A DNA stretch of 43,869 nucleotides from a virus, in IMG/VR virus record IMGVR_UViG_3300031159_000005; one strand, 5' to 3'. The position numbers and the translations under genes were made by a program. A model generated the notes under the pieces. The model made no database searches, was not told where the DNA came from, and was given only the letters and a program-made list of their open reading frames with translations. Positions within the stretch are counted from its first letter, which is position 1, and the number at the start of each line of letters is the position of its first letter. Below, piece by piece: positions 42,171 to 43,869 of this stretch.

Positions 42171-42190
42171 AGGTTCCTCCCCTACAAAAA

Positions 42191-42315
42191 GTACAAATAT
42201 ATTGTACACCATTGCGAATAATAAAAAAGATAAGTACAAGAAAATCATATTTTTGTGTTGACATACAAGTTTCTTGTACATATAATCTCAAGTAAAAGTA
42301 CAAGAAACTTATACA
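42191..42315. promoter_or_regulatory. Operator cluster with 17-bp motif GTACAAG-AAA-CTT(G/A)TAC: S1 42191-42207 (GTACAA-ATATA-TTGTAC), half-site 42234-42240, S3 42264-42279 (reverse), S4 42298-42314
   Basis: Read directly on both strands. Confidence 0.7.
42258..42286 (+). promoter_or_regulatory. Perfect sigma-A consensus promoter TTGACA-17-TATAAT for the Cro-like gene; the spacer is the palindrome TACAAG-TTT-CTTGTA
   Basis: Read directly (-35 at 42258-42263, -10 at 42281-42286). Confidence 0.8.
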
Positions 42316-42331
42316 TGGAGGTGATAAAAGC

Positions 42332-42580
42332 ATGAAAAACATGGCTCTTATCCAAGCGAGAAAGAGAAAGGGATTTACCCAAGAACGCTTGGCTGAGTTA
42401 CTTGGTTGCAAAAAGTCTACTATTAGCAATTGGGAAAATGGTCATTCATCCCCGTCCTTAACGGATGCTTTCAAAATTGCTGAATTGTTGGGGAGTGACG
42501 TCAATGTTCTTTTTTCTGGCCTAAAAGTACAAGAAACTTATACACATTCATCCTCTGCCAACGAGGCGGAAACCGCATGA
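42332..42580 (+). CDS. Cro-like XRE-family HTH protein (82 aa)
   Basis: RKRKGFTQERLAELLGCKKSTISNWENGHSSPSLTDAFKIAELLG. Divergent from the repressor. RBS GGAGGTGA. Confidence 0.8.
   Translation: MKNMALIQARKRKGFTQERLAELLGCKKSTISNWENGHSSPSLTDAFKIAELLGSDVNVLFSGLKVQETYTHSSSANEAETA
42523..42544. promoter_or_regulatory. Distal operator: exact 22-nt copy (AAAAGTACAAGAAACTTATACA) of 42294-42315, inside the 3' end of the cro-like gene
   Basis: Direct comparison. Confidence 0.75.
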
Positions 42581-42594
42581 AAGGAGCGATCAAC

Positions 42595-42723
42595 ATGTCT
42601 CAGAACGGAGCACCGCACAATCCCGGACTCTCCCCAAAAGCCTGGGACAAGCTGCACAAGATCATGTCGGAGATCAATAGGAAGCTGGCGCAGCAGAAGG
42701 CCCAAGAGAAGAAGGGGGCCTGA
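42595..42723 (+). CDS. 42-aa hypothetical protein (below the track cut-off)
   Basis: Own translation: MSQNGAPHNPGLSPKAWDKLHKIMSEINRKLAQQKAQEKKGA. RBS AAAGGAG 8 nt upstream. Confidence 0.5.
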   Translation: MSQNGAPHNPGLSPKAWDKLHKIMSEINRKLAQQKAQEKKGA

Positions 42724-42784
42724 CCGTGAATATTGACCGTCGTAAAGCCATTGTCGCCGCGGCGATTCGGTCGCCTGAGCATAG

Positions 42785-42817
42785 CAAAAAGCCCGCCAGC
42801 CCAACGCGAGCTGGCGG
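42785..42817 (-). terminator. Minus-strand intrinsic terminator (stem CCGCCAGC/GCTGGCGG; U-run only on the minus strand)
   Basis: Read directly. The + strand has A5 upstream and no T-run downstream. Confidence 0.55.
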
Positions 42818-42914
42818 CACAGGGATGGTGTAGGGTTGGGCCACATCAAATATACAACGCTTTTCGTCCCTGCACTATTCCGGGATGGAATGTCGGATTG
42901 AAAGGGGTGATACG

Positions 42915-43112
42915 GTGAATACGGTCCCGGTTTGGATTTGCCCTTACTGCATGGATAGGCGCGCCAAAGAAGATGCCTGCCCGCGTTGCAACACAAGAAT
43001 TATCAAATTCGATGTTGCGGTCCCCGAACTCAGCGAAGAAGAGAAGGCGCGAGCTGCAAGCTATATGGCAGCGCATCCGCCCGGAGAATTTGGCGCTCAT
43101 CTGAAGCCGTGA
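42915..43112 (+). CDS. Small zinc-ribbon protein (CPYC...CPRC); GTG 42915 after AAAGGGG (the ORF opens at 42885)
   Basis: ORF track 42885..43112. Confidence 0.5.
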   Translation: MNTVPVWICPYCMDRRAKEDACPRCNTRIIKFDVAVPELSEEEKARAASYMAAHPPGEFGAHLKP

Positions 43113-43378
43113 TTGCGCAGAAAACGGTTGACCAACTCCACCTTTGCTGATCGGCCGATGAACTCATCTTTATCAAGCTTTGTAATGATCCATTCATCAT
43201 AGAATTCGGCATGATCGCGAACGGCATCATGAATTTCCTGAGCGCTTAATTCACTGGCGAGGATGATCGCATGCTTGTTAACTTGAATCGCTTTTCCTTT
43301 TGAATTCAGCAAATAGAACATGCTTTCGAAGGCTTCTTCGTGGTTCTGCAACACATAGGCGACAAGGTAGAAATTCAC
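43097..43378 (-). CDS. Hypothetical 93-aa protein, divergent from an HTH gene and convergent with (overlapping by 16 nt) the Zn-ribbon ORF
   Basis: ORF track. GTG start 8 nt after GGAGG. Confidence 0.55.
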   Translation of the reverse strand: MNFYLVAYVLQNHEEAFESMFYLLNSKGKAIQVNKHAIILASELSAQEIHDAVRDHAEFYDEWIITKLDKDEFIGRSAKVELVNRFLRNHGFR

Positions 43379-43473
43379 GGCATCGGCCTCCTTTTACATA
43401 TTGATTCCATTCTACCAAATGGAGGAATGCCGAGAAATGACGGTTGGCAAACCGGTTTGAAGGGGGGGTGAAC

Positions 43474-43731
43474 GTGAAAGGCGATTTGGGTGCAATTTTG
43501 AAAGCCGTGCGCCTCCGGGCCGGACTCAGCCAGGAGGAATTAGCTGATCGGCTCCACTACAACCAGTCGGACATTTCGAAATTCGAGACTGGTTCGAAGG
43601 AGCCGACGGCGTCGATTTTCCTGCGCTGGCTCCGCGAGACGAACGCGCATGAAGTGATGGTGGCGTACTTCTGCGGGCTTGACGGCCTCACTATCATGCA
43701 AACCATTCTCAGCATGACGGGGATGGGTTGA
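43474..43731 (+). CDS. Second XRE-family HTH protein (85 aa from GTG 43474)
   Basis: LKAVRLRAGLSQEELADRLHYNQSDISKFETGSKEPT. RBS GAAGGGGGGG. Confidence 0.7.
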   Translation: MKGDLGAILKAVRLRAGLSQEELADRLHYNQSDISKFETGSKEPTASIFLRWLRETNAHEVMVAYFCGLDGLTIMQTILSMTGMG

Positions 43732-43746
43732 GAAAGGAGTGATGAC

Positions 43747-43869
43747 ATGATCGAACATATTCGTCGCATCCAGTTCTACACGCGAAAAGCGGCAACGTAT
43801 GCAACCGACCGGCGGCCGCAACACATGCGGAACCGGTATCGATTCGAACGGCTGATGCGGTACAAAGCG
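43747..43869 (+). CDS. Hypothetical 74-aa protein, 5' part; the ORF continues through the circular junction (window 72..173)
   Basis: ATG 43747 lies 7 nt after AAAGGAG. The frame stays open to the window end and continues in frame 3 at the window start to TGA 171-173. Confidence 0.6.
   Translation, partial: MIEHIRRIQFYTRKAATYATDRRPQHMRNRYRFERLMRYKA
43799..43869. repeat. Right copy of exact 71-nt terminal duplication (= 1..71)
   Basis: Direct comparison with positions 1-71. Confidence 0.97.

Larger units (their letters stand above)
1..43869. mobile_element. Complete temperate tailed-phage genome (circularly closed contig): early/replication - methylases - late regulator - packaging - head - tail/baseplate - lysis - morons - attP/int - immunity
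   Basis: Full complement of phage modules read from the ORF translations. Identical 71 nt at both window ends. Integrase plus repressor/Cro switch present. Confidence 0.9.

Noticed and set aside
42171-42281. Hydrophobic N-terminal extension of the repressor ORF (MYKKLVCQHKNMIFLYLSFLLF...)
   Set aside because: It would be translated from the operator/promoter DNA. TTG 42170 sits 5 nt after GGAGG, and the HTH domain begins right after it.

Overview
This window is an essentially complete temperate tailed-phage genome closed into a circle. The first 71 nt recur exactly at 43799-43869, and a 74-aa ORF reads through that junction. The backbone is GC-rich and tightly packed, with many ATGA/GTGA stop-start overlaps, and its gene families resemble PBSX/SPP1-type phages of Bacillales-like Firmicutes.

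Gene order, + strand unless noted:
- Small early genes.
- A recombination and replication module: Rad50/SbcC-like zinc-hook ATPase, RecT, MBL-fold nuclease, a DnaD-like initiator containing an 11-bp-phased GACGTC iteron array (candidate ori), a G39P-like loader, DnaB helicase, a DUF1064 protein and an MmcB-like nuclease.
- Two DNA methyltransferases: a C5-MTase with four tandem TRD-like repeats, and an SNF2-helicase/N6-N4 MTase fusion.
- An ArpU-like late regulator.
- An anomalous gene-poor stretch (14.83-15.53 kb) holding four phased TGTCCG repeats, an extended -10 promoter, a roughly 450-nt highly structured RNA with a tRNA-like 3' module, and a strong intrinsic terminator.
- A small cassette with a Zn-ribbon ORF and a short tyrosine recombinase.
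- TerS/TerL, portal, head morphogenesis protein, an AT-rich moron, scaffold and capsid.
- Connectors; sheath-like and tube-like proteins; a tail chaperone with a +1-frame extension; tape measure; LysM/baseplate (W/J-like) genes; fibre; holin and glucosaminidase endolysin.
- After lysis, a terminator-insulated AT-rich moron for a stand-alone SIR2-like (ThsA/DSR-type motifs) 528-aa protein with an unassignable C-terminal half. This is my top candidate for a novel single-gene defence.
- A coupled WYL-like/YolD-like pair.
- A 58-bp dyad that looks like attP.
- On the minus strand: a large serine integrase, a lipoprotein, an ImmA-type protease, a coiled-coil ORF and an XRE repressor.
- Divergent from that repressor, a Cro-like gene driven by a perfect TTGACA-17-TATAAT promoter with 17-bp operators, one copy lying 230 bp downstream inside the cro-like gene.
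- A second small divergent HTH region, which closes the circle.

No rRNA, CRISPR array or canonical tRNA was seen. All product calls rest on motif reading of the translations without database searches.
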